The position numbers were made by a program, and so were the translations under genes. Under the pieces are notes generated by a model, which was not told where the DNA came from, searched no databases, and saw nothing but the letters and a program-made list of their open reading frames with translations. Shown in pieces: positions 1 to 9,239 of a stretch of 64,000 nt of DNA (positions within the stretch are counted from its first letter, which is position 1; the number at the start of each line of letters is the position of its first letter). This DNA comes from an uncultured Ignavibacteriales bacterium (GTDB lineage Bacteria > Bacteroidota > Ignavibacteria > Ignavibacteriales > Ignavibacteriaceae), in contig CAWGJF010000002.1 in NCBI GenBank assembly GCA_963822905.1, positions 386,911-450,910 of the forward strand, read 5' to 3'.

Positions 1-658
1 CACTGGTCAGGAACAGGGAACAGGTACGGCAACTTCAGTAAGTTTTGACTTGGCGGGAATGTGGCGCCCGGCTCATCTGGATATCTTTGGATTAAATATG
101 GATGATCGCTTAAGCATTGGAATTAATCTGAGTAATCTTGGACCTAAAATTTCATACATAGATCAAAAGCAAGCTGATCCGATTCCAACTAATTTTAGAT
201 TAGGATTTGCTTTTGATGTATTTAATGATGAATTCAATTCACTTATTTACACACTCGATTTCAGTAAACTTTTAGTTGGTGTAAGGGATTCAAGTGGAAA
301 TGTTGATGATTTTTACCAGGCAATTTTTACAGCCTGGGGTGATAAACCTTTTAGAGAAGAATTAAGAGATATAGTTACAACAATGGGTTTGGAATACTGG
401 TATGGAACGCCGGGTGATTTCTTATTTGCTTTACGTACTGGCTTCTTCTATGAAGATCCAAATTATGGAAATAGAAAATTTGTAACGTTTGGTGCTGGTT
501 TAAGGTATGATATTTATGGCTTCGATTTTAGTTATATAACTACTTCCGTATTCAAAGGTGGAGAAAATCATCCACTTAATGATACTCTGAGGTTTACAAT
601 ATTAATCGGTTGGGGTGCAGCACCCGAATCAACAAGAGGTTTTCCAAGGGGCATCTGA
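1..658 (+). CDS. PorV/LptO-like T9SS outer-membrane beta-barrel protein, C-terminal part (5' end lies outside the window)
   Basis: The frame stays open back to nt 2 (TGQEQGTGTATSVSFDLAGMW...), so the gene is truncated by the window edge. It shows an alternating beta-strand pattern. Motifs NLSNLGPKISY and PTNFRLGFAF match PorV-family porins as I recall them. Family call is from memory, not searched. Confidence 0.5.
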   Translation, partial: TGQEQGTGTATSVSFDLAGMWRPAHLDIFGLNMDDRLSIGINLSNLGPKISYIDQKQADPIPTNFRLGFAFDVFNDEFNSLIYTLDFSKLLVGVRDSSGNVDDFYQAIFTAWGDKPFREELRDIVTTMGLEYWYGTPGDFLFALRTGFFYEDPNYGNRKFVTFGAGLRYDIYGFDFSYITTSVFKGGENHPLNDTLRFTILIGWGAAPESTRGFPRGI

Positions 659-667
659 TAACATTTT

Positions 668-3600
668 ATGAAATATCTTAATCCTGTATTTATCCTGGTA
701 TTATTTTGGGTCAGCCTGTCTTATGGGCAGGCAGACCTATCCTCCAGAACTTTTACTTCCAAATTGAATCCATTCCCGGTTAATCAAAAAAGTTTAGTTC
801 AGATTGATACTTTAAGAATACTTGCCGTAATGGTAAGCTTTCAATCTGATAGAGATGGAACAACTTTTGGCAATGGTAAATTTGAATCTATATATTCTCA
901 AAATTATGGTAATGATATAATAGATCCGGTTCCACACAATAAATTATATTTTGAATCCCATCTCTTGTTTGCAAAAAATTATTTTAACAAAGTATCCAAA
1001 AATAAGCTAACGATTGAATACACAGTCCTGCCGGATACATTTTCTGTTTCTCAAACTATGAGAAATTATTCTCCTGCTCCGGGGGATAATGATTTCACTC
1101 CAATTGCTGATTTTTCAAAAGAAGTATGGACAAAAGCAGATCAAATGAATCCAGGTTTTTCATTCAGTAATTATGATCTGTTCCTGATTTTTCATGCTGG
1201 AGCGGGAAGAGATGTTTCACTGCCGGGAAGTATTGGAAACGAACGTGATCTTCCTTCAGTGTATTTAAGTGAAAATGCATTCAAAAATATTTATGGAGAA
1301 AATTACTCCGGGATTCCTGTTTCCGGTGGATCATTCAATATTAAAAATTCTTTGATAATGCCCGAAACAGAAAGCAGGGAACTTGAATCAATCACAGGAA
1401 CTTATCTATTCGAATTAACAATAAACGGTCTGCTTTGTGCCAGCATTGCAAGTCATCTTGGTTTGCCTGATTTATTTGACACTGAAACCGGACTTAGTGC
1501 AATTGGAAGATTTGGTTTGATGGATGGACAGGGAATTTTTGCTTACAATGGTTGTTATCCTCCTGAGCCTAGTCCCTGGTCTAAAATATTTCTTCGTTGG
1601 ACTGAACCGGTAACACTTCAACCCGGAAATTATAATTTTAATGTCGTAACTGAGATCGCAGCATCAGTTAGTGATACAGTTATTCTAAAAGTTCCGCTTA
1701 ATTCATCAGAATATTTTCTTGTTGAAAACAGGCAACGGGATGCAAACAACGATGGTTCAAAAGTTACTTATGTTATAAATGGAAATACTACAACTCATAC
1801 TTTTGTAAAAGATACCACTGGTTATTATAGTTTTGATATTGACTCTCTTGCTGGTGTTGTAACTGATGTTGATGAATTTGATTGGGCTTTGCCCGGCAGC
1901 GGGATAGTTATCTGGCATATTGATGAAAATGTAATAAATGAGAACATTTCTGAAAATAAAATAAATATTGATAAGAACCATCGTGGAGTTGATGTTGAAG
2001 AAGCTGATGGAATCCAGGATATTGGTGAAAAATTTACAACAATTTTTGGTGATGTTGTTATTGGTGAAGGTACTGATGAAGATTTTTGGTATTCATCTAA
2101 CTCTGCAGAGTTATATCAAAACCGATTTGCAAAAGACACAAGACCAGATACCCGCACTTATTCAGGTGCAAACAGCTTAATTACAATTAAAGATTTTGCA
2201 AACATTGCAGATAGAATGAGTTTTAAAGTTGAGTATGGGGATTCGGTGATAAAGCCTTTATACTCAATTCAACTGGATTCGCTAACTGAAAAAAGTTATA
2301 TCTCAGGAATTGAATTTGACAACACTTCCCAATTGTTTATTACCGATGTTAACTCCACAATCTCTAAATATAGTTCAGATTCTTTAATCTCACAGAAGTT
2401 TGATTTTTCTGGATCTAAACCAGTTGTATATAATAGTAATAACGTCCTCCATCTTTACGGAATCTATAACGACCTTCTCAATTATAATATTTCCAATGGA
2501 GTTACCACTGATTCTGGTAATGTACCTGTTGGAAGTAATATTTCTGCTTCACCTGTATTAAGAATTAATTCCCTAAATGAGCCGGAATTATTACTCGGAA
2601 CTAATAATGGTTCAATTTTGGTTTATTCAATCGGAAGTTTACCAAATGTAGCACCGGTATTTAAAAATTCAATAAATATTGACTCTACATTCTTTGTCCA
2701 AAAACTTGCTGCTAATGAAAATTACTATTCTGCAATTTTACAATCGAAAATATTAAGTAGCCCGTCAGTCCTTATTACTAAATTTATTGACAGTGATGGA
2801 TCAGAGTATCATTTCAATGAGGAATTTCCAACTGACCTTTCAATAAGTAAGGATCAAAATGGAAATTATTATTCATTGGTCTTAACCTCTAAGAATAATT
2901 TTTATTTGTTTCAATCCGGTCAACTAAAATCTCAGTTTTCAATTAATGGTTTTGCAGAAACTGGAAAATTCGCTCTTGTGGATTTAAAACATGCTGGTTC
3001 AAACTCTATTGTATTGAACAATGGAAATAATATTGAAGTTTATAATCTAACTGGTTCAATGGCTGACAATTTCCCTTTTGTTGATCCTGAAGGAATTGGT
3101 TTTGTTGGCACTCCTTTAACAGCAGATTTTGAAGGAGATAATGCTTCTGAAATAATTTCTCTTACAAAGGATGGAAGAATTTTTGCCATTGATGGTGGCA
3201 CAGGAAAAGTAGTTCCGGGATTTCCTATTTCATCAGGCGAAGAAGTCAGAGTTACACCGACAATTTATAATTCCGGTAGCAAAGTAAACTTAGCTGTTAT
3301 TAATATTCAAAATGTCCTTTCTGTTTGGTCGATAAGTTCTGTTGAAGGAAAACTTTATTGGTCTGAAGAAAATGGAAATCCGCAAAATACTTCATTTGTG
3401 GATGCAGCTGAAACCAGCAATCGCGTAAATGAATTTTTTCCAAAAAACAGGGCGTACAATTATCCAAATCCTGTTTATGAAGGAACGACAAATATTCGAT
3501 ATTATGTTTCTGAAGATTCCAAAATAAATATTAAAATATTTGATCTTGCAGGTGATTATGTTGCCGAGTTGAATGATAATGCTCAAGGCGGATTAGATAA

Positions 3601-3718
3601 TGAAACTATTTGGAATGTAGACAATATTCAAAGTGGTGTTTATCTTGCCAGGATACAAGCAACAAGTACAAATGGTAAATCCGAACAAACAGTAATAAAA
3701 ATTACTGTTATCAAATGA
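668..3718 (+). CDS. Secreted 1016-aa protein: M6 (InhA)-like metalloprotease-fold domain without HExxH, repeat-rich middle, T9SS type-A C-terminal sorting domain
   Basis: N-terminal signal peptide (MKYLNPVFILVLFWVSLSYGQA). M6-like blocks are present: ILAVMVSFQSD, FLIFHAGAGRD, HLGLPDLFD, FLVENRQRD, GSGIVIWHIDE. The last ~85 aa (YNYPNPVYEGTTNIRYYV...IKIFDLAGDYV...SGVYLARIQA...) fit the T9SS CTD pattern. Confidence 0.6.
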   Translation: MKYLNPVFILVLFWVSLSYGQADLSSRTFTSKLNPFPVNQKSLVQIDTLRILAVMVSFQSDRDGTTFGNGKFESIYSQNYGNDIIDPVPHNKLYFESHLLFAKNYFNKVSKNKLTIEYTVLPDTFSVSQTMRNYSPAPGDNDFTPIADFSKEVWTKADQMNPGFSFSNYDLFLIFHAGAGRDVSLPGSIGNERDLPSVYLSENAFKNIYGENYSGIPVSGGSFNIKNSLIMPETESRELESITGTYLFELTINGLLCASIASHLGLPDLFDTETGLSAIGRFGLMDGQGIFAYNGCYPPEPSPWSKIFLRWTEPVTLQPGNYNFNVVTEIAASVSDTVILKVPLNSSEYFLVENRQRDANNDGSKVTYVINGNTTTHTFVKDTTGYYSFDIDSLAGVVTDVDEFDWALPGSGIVIWHIDENVINENISENKINIDKNHRGVDVEEADGIQDIGEKFTTIFGDVVIGEGTDEDFWYSSNSAELYQNRFAKDTRPDTRTYSGANSLITIKDFANIADRMSFKVEYGDSVIKPLYSIQLDSLTEKSYISGIEFDNTSQLFITDVNSTISKYSSDSLISQKFDFSGSKPVVYNSNNVLHLYGIYNDLLNYNISNGVTTDSGNVPVGSNISASPVLRINSLNEPELLLGTNNGSILVYSIGSLPNVAPVFKNSINIDSTFFVQKLAANENYYSAILQSKILSSPSVLITKFIDSDGSEYHFNEEFPTDLSISKDQNGNYYSLVLTSKNNFYLFQSGQLKSQFSINGFAETGKFALVDLKHAGSNSIVLNNGNNIEVYNLTGSMADNFPFVDPEGIGFVGTPLTADFEGDNASEIISLTKDGRIFAIDGGTGKVVPGFPISSGEEVRVTPTIYNSGSKVNLAVINIQNVLSVWSISSVEGKLYWSEENGNPQNTSFVDAAETSNRVNEFFPKNRAYNYPNPVYEGTTNIRYYVSEDSKINIKIFDLAGDYVAELNDNAQGGLDNETIWNVDNIQSGVYLARIQATSTNGKSEQTVIKITVIK

Positions 3719-3853
3719 TTAAAAAATTTGTTTCTATTTAAATTTATCCTGGATCTCAATTAATAAAAACAAACTACAAACAAATCAAAATTAACAAGTT
3801 CAAATTTTCAAATCTGTAATATTTAATAATCGAATTTTGACTACTCTTTAACC

Positions 3854-6800
3854 ATGAAGAAGTTATTTTTTGCACTAACATTATTTTTTGTCAGTAATAG
3901 TTTCGCTCAGTTTACTGAATTCCACCCAGAGCTTGATTGGTATACTATTAAAGGTAAACATGTCGAAGTTCATTTCCATGATGGCGCAGAACGAACAGCA
4001 CGTGTTGTTGCAAAAATTGCTGATGAAGTATGGGGCCCGATAACTTCCCTCTATAATTATGAACCAACTACAGTTCACTTTATAATTAAAGATATTGATG
4101 ACTACTCGAATGGTGCAACCTACTTCTTTGATAATAAAATTGAAATCTGGACGAGTGCTCTTGACTTTGATTTAAGGGGAGCACACAACTGGCTTAGAAA
4201 TGTTATCTCCCACGAATTTACTCATATGGTACAGATTCAATCCGCAATGAAGCTTGGGAGGTCAGTGCCGGCAGTGTTTTTACAGCTATTAAGTTATGAA
4301 GATGAAAGGCGACCTGATATTCTTTATGGTTACCCGAATTATGTAATTTCTTATCCGCTCGCTACTGTAAATGTTCCTGCCTGGTTTGCTGAAGGAACTG
4401 CACAATATATGAGAAAAGAATTTGACTATGACCGGTGGGATACACATCGTGATATGATTTTAAGAAGTTATGCTCTGGATGATAATATGTTAACCTGGGA
4501 GCAGATGGGTGTATTTGGAAAAACTAGTCTTGGAAATGAATCTGTATATAATTCCGGTTTTGCTTTAACCAGATACATTTCTCAAAAATATGGCGAAGAT
4601 AAGCTGGGGAAAATAAGTAAAGCGTTGGGAACATTCACTAATTTCACTATGGATGCTGCTTTCTCTGATGTACTTGGTAAAGATGGATCACAAATTTACG
4701 ATGAATGGAGCAGCTATTTAAAAAAGGATTATAAGAAACGAAGCAAAGCTGTTCTGGAAAATCTTGTAGTTGGAAAGATGATTGCCAAAGACGGCTTTGG
4801 TAATTTTTATCCGACCTATTCACCGGATGGCAAAAAGATACTCTATATTTCAAATAAATCATCTGACTATTTTTCTCTATCTTCAATTTATGAGTATAAT
4901 GAAGAAACAGATAAAACAAAACTTTTAGTTGCAGGAGTACGTTCAACTTATAGCTGGATTCCCGGTGAAAATAAGTTGCTATATTCAAAAGTTTCTGAAG
5001 ATAATCCAAATTCATACAATGTCCATGATTTATATGTTTATGACTTAGACAAAGAAGATGAAACAAGACTGACTTATAATTTACGGGCAAATCAACCAAA
5101 CGTTTCACACGATGGGACAAAAATTGTTTTCCTGTTTCAGAAGGATGGTACAACAAATCTTGGAATTGTTGATAAGGATGGGAAAAATTTCAAACGACTA
5201 ACCACATTTGAAAACGGGGAACAGGTTTACAATCCTAAATTTTCAAATGATGATTCTTTTATAATCTTCGACTACTCTTATCATCAGACAAGAGATATTG
5301 CAAGAATTAATACTGATGGAAGTAATTATCAGTTTGTAATTCAGACAGATAATGATGAAAGAAATCCTGCATTTGATAAAAATGGAAATTTGATCTATGC
5401 ATCCGATGAAACAGGAATATATAATATTTATTCTTACAACTTTGATACAAAAGAAAAGAAACAGCTAACAAATGTTATTGGTGGTGCTTTCATGCCCGAC
5501 ATAAATACTGGCGGAGATATTGTTTATGCCGGCTATACTTCAAACGGTTATAAAATATTTAAAATAACTTCTGATGAACAAAAAAATGTTCAACCTGGAA
5601 ATAATTATGAATGGCGTCCTGATCCACCATTAAGCGAAGATAAACCAAAGGGTGATATTAACAATTTCAATATTTCTGAACTGAAGAATTTCAATGATTA
5701 TGTAACTCCTGATTATCAAAAAGAAAAATATAGCGGAGCATTTTCATCATTAACCTTCTTTCCGTTTATAAGAATTGATAATTATACTATAGCCAATAAT
5801 TTTCTGCAAAAAATTAAGCCCGGAGTTTATGTCTCATCGAGTGATATGCTGAATCGATATTCTATTTTTGCCGGCGGATCGATAAATACACGTCTTGAAC
5901 GTGATCTCTTTTTCATTTTTGAATATAAAAACAAACTACCCTTTATAGGTTCTATTGATCTGCGACCTGAACTTTCAGCAGAGTTATATTCAATAAGCCG
6001 GAAAGCTGATGTCGATGTATTTTTTGGTGCAGACACTACAGGTAGCGGAGAAGTTACATACGACCAAACAATTCCTACATCAGTAACTTATAACCTTCTT
6101 GAATTCGATTTTGCAGCTAAGCACAGACTATTTAACCGATTCCAGAATCTGGAATTTAGATTTATTTACAGCCGTTATACTGCAACTTTAAACAGCTTTA
6201 TCATTCAAACCAGTGATGGCTCATTTCTTTATCCAACGACTAATGATAAATATTTTATTGGCAGAGATTTTAGAGTTAAATATTCACTTGAGCAATACGC
6301 ACCGAACAGGGATATGGAAATTAATCCGGTGGGAATTAAACTGGATCTGACTTATGATTATGAATGGAATGAATTTAATAATACGGGTGAATATAAAGTC
6401 GAAGACGGGATACTTAAGCCAAGCTATAATAATTTTAACTTTCACAGGTTGGAACTCAACGGTTGGCTTCATTTTCCTTTATGGAGTGATCATACTTTGA
6501 CAGCAAGAATCAGGGGTGGGACAATTCTCGGTCCGCAGGTTCCGGATTTTTTTGATTTTTATCTTGGAGGTTTAATTGGATTTAAAGCCTACCCTTTTTA
6601 TGCGATAAGTGGAAACGAATTAGCTTGGCTTGATCTTACTTACAGGTTTCCACTCTGGAGAGACATAGATGCAAGGATGGGACATTTTTATCTTGATAAA
6701 ATCTTTCTTTCATTCAATTTTGATTATGGTGATGCCTGGAATGGTGATTTTCCGGAACTTAGTGATTTTAAAAAAGGAGCGGGTGCTGAGATTAGGGCAC

Positions 6801-6979
6801 ATTTGACTTCATATTATCTTTTCCCAACTGATGTTTTCTTTAATGCTTCTTATGGCTTTGATAAATTTACAAGAATTGTAAATAGTGAAGACATAACTTA
6901 TGGTAAGGAGTGGAGATTTTATGGCGGTGTACTTTTTGGATTTGATATAGTTAATAATACTCGACATTATCATTTTTAA
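3854..6979 (+). CDS. Outer-membrane fusion protein: Peptidase_MA_2-like HExxH domain + TolB/PD40 beta-propeller repeats + Omp85 (bacterial surface antigen) barrel
   Basis: Signal peptide present. HEFTH at nt 4211-4225, followed by WFAEGTAQY (gluzincin third ligand). PD40-like repeats: YPTYSPDGKKILYIS, PNVSHDGTKIVFL, YNPKFSNDDSFIIFD, RNPAFDKNGNLIYASD. The C-terminal ~400 aa show Omp85 barrel signatures (FYLGGLIGFKAYPF, FNFDYGDAW, GAGAEIR) and the protein ends in Phe. Confidence 0.6.
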   Translation: MKKLFFALTLFFVSNSFAQFTEFHPELDWYTIKGKHVEVHFHDGAERTARVVAKIADEVWGPITSLYNYEPTTVHFIIKDIDDYSNGATYFFDNKIEIWTSALDFDLRGAHNWLRNVISHEFTHMVQIQSAMKLGRSVPAVFLQLLSYEDERRPDILYGYPNYVISYPLATVNVPAWFAEGTAQYMRKEFDYDRWDTHRDMILRSYALDDNMLTWEQMGVFGKTSLGNESVYNSGFALTRYISQKYGEDKLGKISKALGTFTNFTMDAAFSDVLGKDGSQIYDEWSSYLKKDYKKRSKAVLENLVVGKMIAKDGFGNFYPTYSPDGKKILYISNKSSDYFSLSSIYEYNEETDKTKLLVAGVRSTYSWIPGENKLLYSKVSEDNPNSYNVHDLYVYDLDKEDETRLTYNLRANQPNVSHDGTKIVFLFQKDGTTNLGIVDKDGKNFKRLTTFENGEQVYNPKFSNDDSFIIFDYSYHQTRDIARINTDGSNYQFVIQTDNDERNPAFDKNGNLIYASDETGIYNIYSYNFDTKEKKQLTNVIGGAFMPDINTGGDIVYAGYTSNGYKIFKITSDEQKNVQPGNNYEWRPDPPLSEDKPKGDINNFNISELKNFNDYVTPDYQKEKYSGAFSSLTFFPFIRIDNYTIANNFLQKIKPGVYVSSSDMLNRYSIFAGGSINTRLERDLFFIFEYKNKLPFIGSIDLRPELSAELYSISRKADVDVFFGADTTGSGEVTYDQTIPTSVTYNLLEFDFAAKHRLFNRFQNLEFRFIYSRYTATLNSFIIQTSDGSFLYPTTNDKYFIGRDFRVKYSLEQYAPNRDMEINPVGIKLDLTYDYEWNEFNNTGEYKVEDGILKPSYNNFNFHRLELNGWLHFPLWSDHTLTARIRGGTILGPQVPDFFDFYLGGLIGFKAYPFYAISGNELAWLDLTYRFPLWRDIDARMGHFYLDKIFLSFNFDYGDAWNGDFPELSDFKKGAGAEIRAHLTSYYLFPTDVFFNASYGFDKFTRIVNSEDITYGKEWRFYGGVLFGFDIVNNTRHYHF

Positions 6980-6996
6980 AACAAGCAGGAACTAGT

Positions 6997-7872
6997 ATGA
7001 ATCTGAAAATATTTTTTGTTTTAATAATTTCTTGTACTTTTTTAATAGATGCCCAGGAAATTGATTCAAAAAAACTGAATTTAACCGGTTCGCTTTATTC
7101 AGATTCTAAAATATTACTTGAACAATATGAACAAATCCCATTAGTAAAGATGAATGATGATATTGTTTCCAGAAAGTCACCGGTATTGGCTGGTCTGTTA
7201 TCTGCTGCTCTTCCCGGTGCCGGACAATTTTATAATGAGGATTACTGGAAAGCTGCAATTTTTGTTGCTCTTGAAGGTGCACTAATTACTACCGCAGTTA
7301 TTTATAATAATAAAGGTGATGAGCAGAATGCAAACTTTGAAGCGTATGCTGATAAAAATTGGAGTGTTGTTAGATATGCTAATTGGACTATAGATAACCT
7401 ACAGAATTCTGAATCTGTTATCTATGATCCTGATTTTAATCCTAATGACTATCATGTTATTACTAACGGTATTATAGATTGGAATGAATTGAATCGTCTT
7501 GAGCGTTCAGTCGGTTATGGTTATTCACATACTTTACCGCAGCATGGCGAACAACAGTACTATGAAGAAATTGGTAAATATCCTCAGTTTAGTTCCGGTT
7601 GGAATGATTTTTATGGAGGAGGAGATTATCATGTGGTTTCACCAAACTTTCTCTACTATGCAGACGAAAGAGGAAAAGCCAACGATTACTATAATATTGG
7701 TGATAAATTAGTATTGGGAGTAATTGTTAATCATGCCATTAGTGTTGTTGAAGCAATTCTAGGTGCAAATAGTTTTAATAAAGATTTATCTGTGAAATTC
7801 CGGGTTGATGACGTACATCTTACGTTTCAGCACGAACTTGTACCAACTTTAATGGTTAGGTATAATTTCTGA
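6997..7872 (+). CDS. Hypothetical envelope protein, DUF5683-like
   Basis: Signal peptide present. The motif LLSAALPGAGQFYNEDYWKAAIF resembles the PGxGQxYN hairpin of DUF5683-type proteins. The protein ends in ...VRYNF. Confidence 0.35.
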   Translation: MNLKIFFVLIISCTFLIDAQEIDSKKLNLTGSLYSDSKILLEQYEQIPLVKMNDDIVSRKSPVLAGLLSAALPGAGQFYNEDYWKAAIFVALEGALITTAVIYNNKGDEQNANFEAYADKNWSVVRYANWTIDNLQNSESVIYDPDFNPNDYHVITNGIIDWNELNRLERSVGYGYSHTLPQHGEQQYYEEIGKYPQFSSGWNDFYGGGDYHVVSPNFLYYADERGKANDYYNIGDKLVLGVIVNHAISVVEAILGANSFNKDLSVKFRVDDVHLTFQHELVPTLMVRYNF

Positions 7873-7928
7873 TTTAATTCAAACCGATTTATTTTCCCTT
7901 TCAGAAAGCTTATCGCTATTTTTCCATT

Positions 7929-9239
7929 ATGAAATCCCCATTGGTTGTAATTGTAGGCAGACCCAACGTTGGCAAATCCACACTCTTTAACCGGATAGTA
8001 GGAAAACGAGATGCCATTGTGGATAATTTAAGTGGTGTTACTCGTGACAGGATTTATGGTGAAGCTGACTGGGCCGGCAAAAAATTCAGGTTGATTGATA
8101 CCGGAGGTTACATTCCGGATTCAGCAGACGTTTTTGAAACCGCAATACGTGAGCAGGTTCAAATCGCAATTGTCGAAGCAGATTCTATTATTTTCTTAGT
8201 TGATGCGAGAGAGGGTGTAACTCCAGTTGATGAAACAATAATCAGGATGTTGCGTGAATCAGACAAAGATTTTTTCCTCGTTGCCAATAAAGTTGATTCC
8301 GAAAAAATTGAATTAAACATTCCTGATTTTTATTCTCTTGGAGTTGAAAATGTTTATGATATTTCTGCTCTCGCGGGTAGGAAATTAGGTGACTTGCTGG
8401 ATGAGATTACATCTAAATTCGAACCTGAAAAGGATATTGTAGAAGATACAAGATTAAAAATTGCTGTAGTTGGAAGACCAAATGTTGGAAAATCATCTTT
8501 AACAAATGCTTTACTTGGTGTAAACCGGAGTATAGTTACTGAAGTTCCAGGGACGACACGCGATTCTATCGACTCTGTACTGAAATATTACAATGATGAA
8601 ATTGTTTTAATTGATACAGCAGGCTTACGGAAGAAGAAAAATGTTCAGGAAAGTATTGAGTTTTTTTCCAACATCAGAACTTTAAAAGCTATTGGTGAAT
8701 GTGATGTTGCAGTTGTAATGCTGGATTCTGAAGCTGGACTTGAGAAACAGGATCAAAAAATAATTGATGAAGTAGTTCGATGGAGAAAAGGATTGATCAT
8801 TGCTGTAAATAAATGGGATCTGATCGAAAAAGATTCTAATACTTCACATCATTTTGAAAAAGAATTAGTTGAAAAACTCGGTGCAATAGATTATGCAGAA
8901 GTAATTTTCATATCAGCAAAAACGAAACAAAGAATTTATAAGCTTGTTGATTTGTGCAAATCCATAAATGAAGAGCGAAAGAAAAAAATTCCAACAAGCC
9001 AATTAAATGATGATTTATTACCCGTCATTTCTTCTTCGCCGCCTCCCGCAACTCCGACCGGACGGGAAGTAAAAATAAAATACATTACTCAGGTTGGCGA
9101 ACACTATCCAATTTTTATGTTTTTCTGTAACTATCCAAAACATGTAGCGGATCATTACAGAAGGTTTCTTGAAAAATTAATCCGTAGGATTTATGGATTT
9201 AAAGGTGTCCCCATAACTTTAAGTTTTAAAGATAAATGA
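7929..9239 (+). CDS. der: Ribosome-associated GTPase Der (EngA)
   Basis: Two tandem GTPase domains, each with a GRPNVGKS P-loop (aa 10 and aa 182), DTGG/DTAG and NKVD/NKWD motifs. A KH-like C-terminus follows. Confidence 0.95.
   Translation: MKSPLVVIVGRPNVGKSTLFNRIVGKRDAIVDNLSGVTRDRIYGEADWAGKKFRLIDTGGYIPDSADVFETAIREQVQIAIVEADSIIFLVDAREGVTPVDETIIRMLRESDKDFFLVANKVDSEKIELNIPDFYSLGVENVYDISALAGRKLGDLLDEITSKFEPEKDIVEDTRLKIAVVGRPNVGKSSLTNALLGVNRSIVTEVPGTTRDSIDSVLKYYNDEIVLIDTAGLRKKKNVQESIEFFSNIRTLKAIGECDVAVVMLDSEAGLEKQDQKIIDEVVRWRKGLIIAVNKWDLIEKDSNTSHHFEKELVEKLGAIDYAEVIFISAKTKQRIYKLVDLCKSINEERKKKIPTSQLNDDLLPVISSSPPPATPTGREVKIKYITQVGEHYPIFMFFCNYPKHVADHYRRFLEKLIRRIYGFKGVPITLSFKDK

Noticed and set aside
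4647-5156. 169-aa minus-strand ORF inside the 1041-aa Omp85-fusion gene
   Set aside because: It is fully nested antisense to a gene with clear PD40 repeats in that very region. Its composition is low-complexity and Leu/His/Lys-rich, and it has no motifs.
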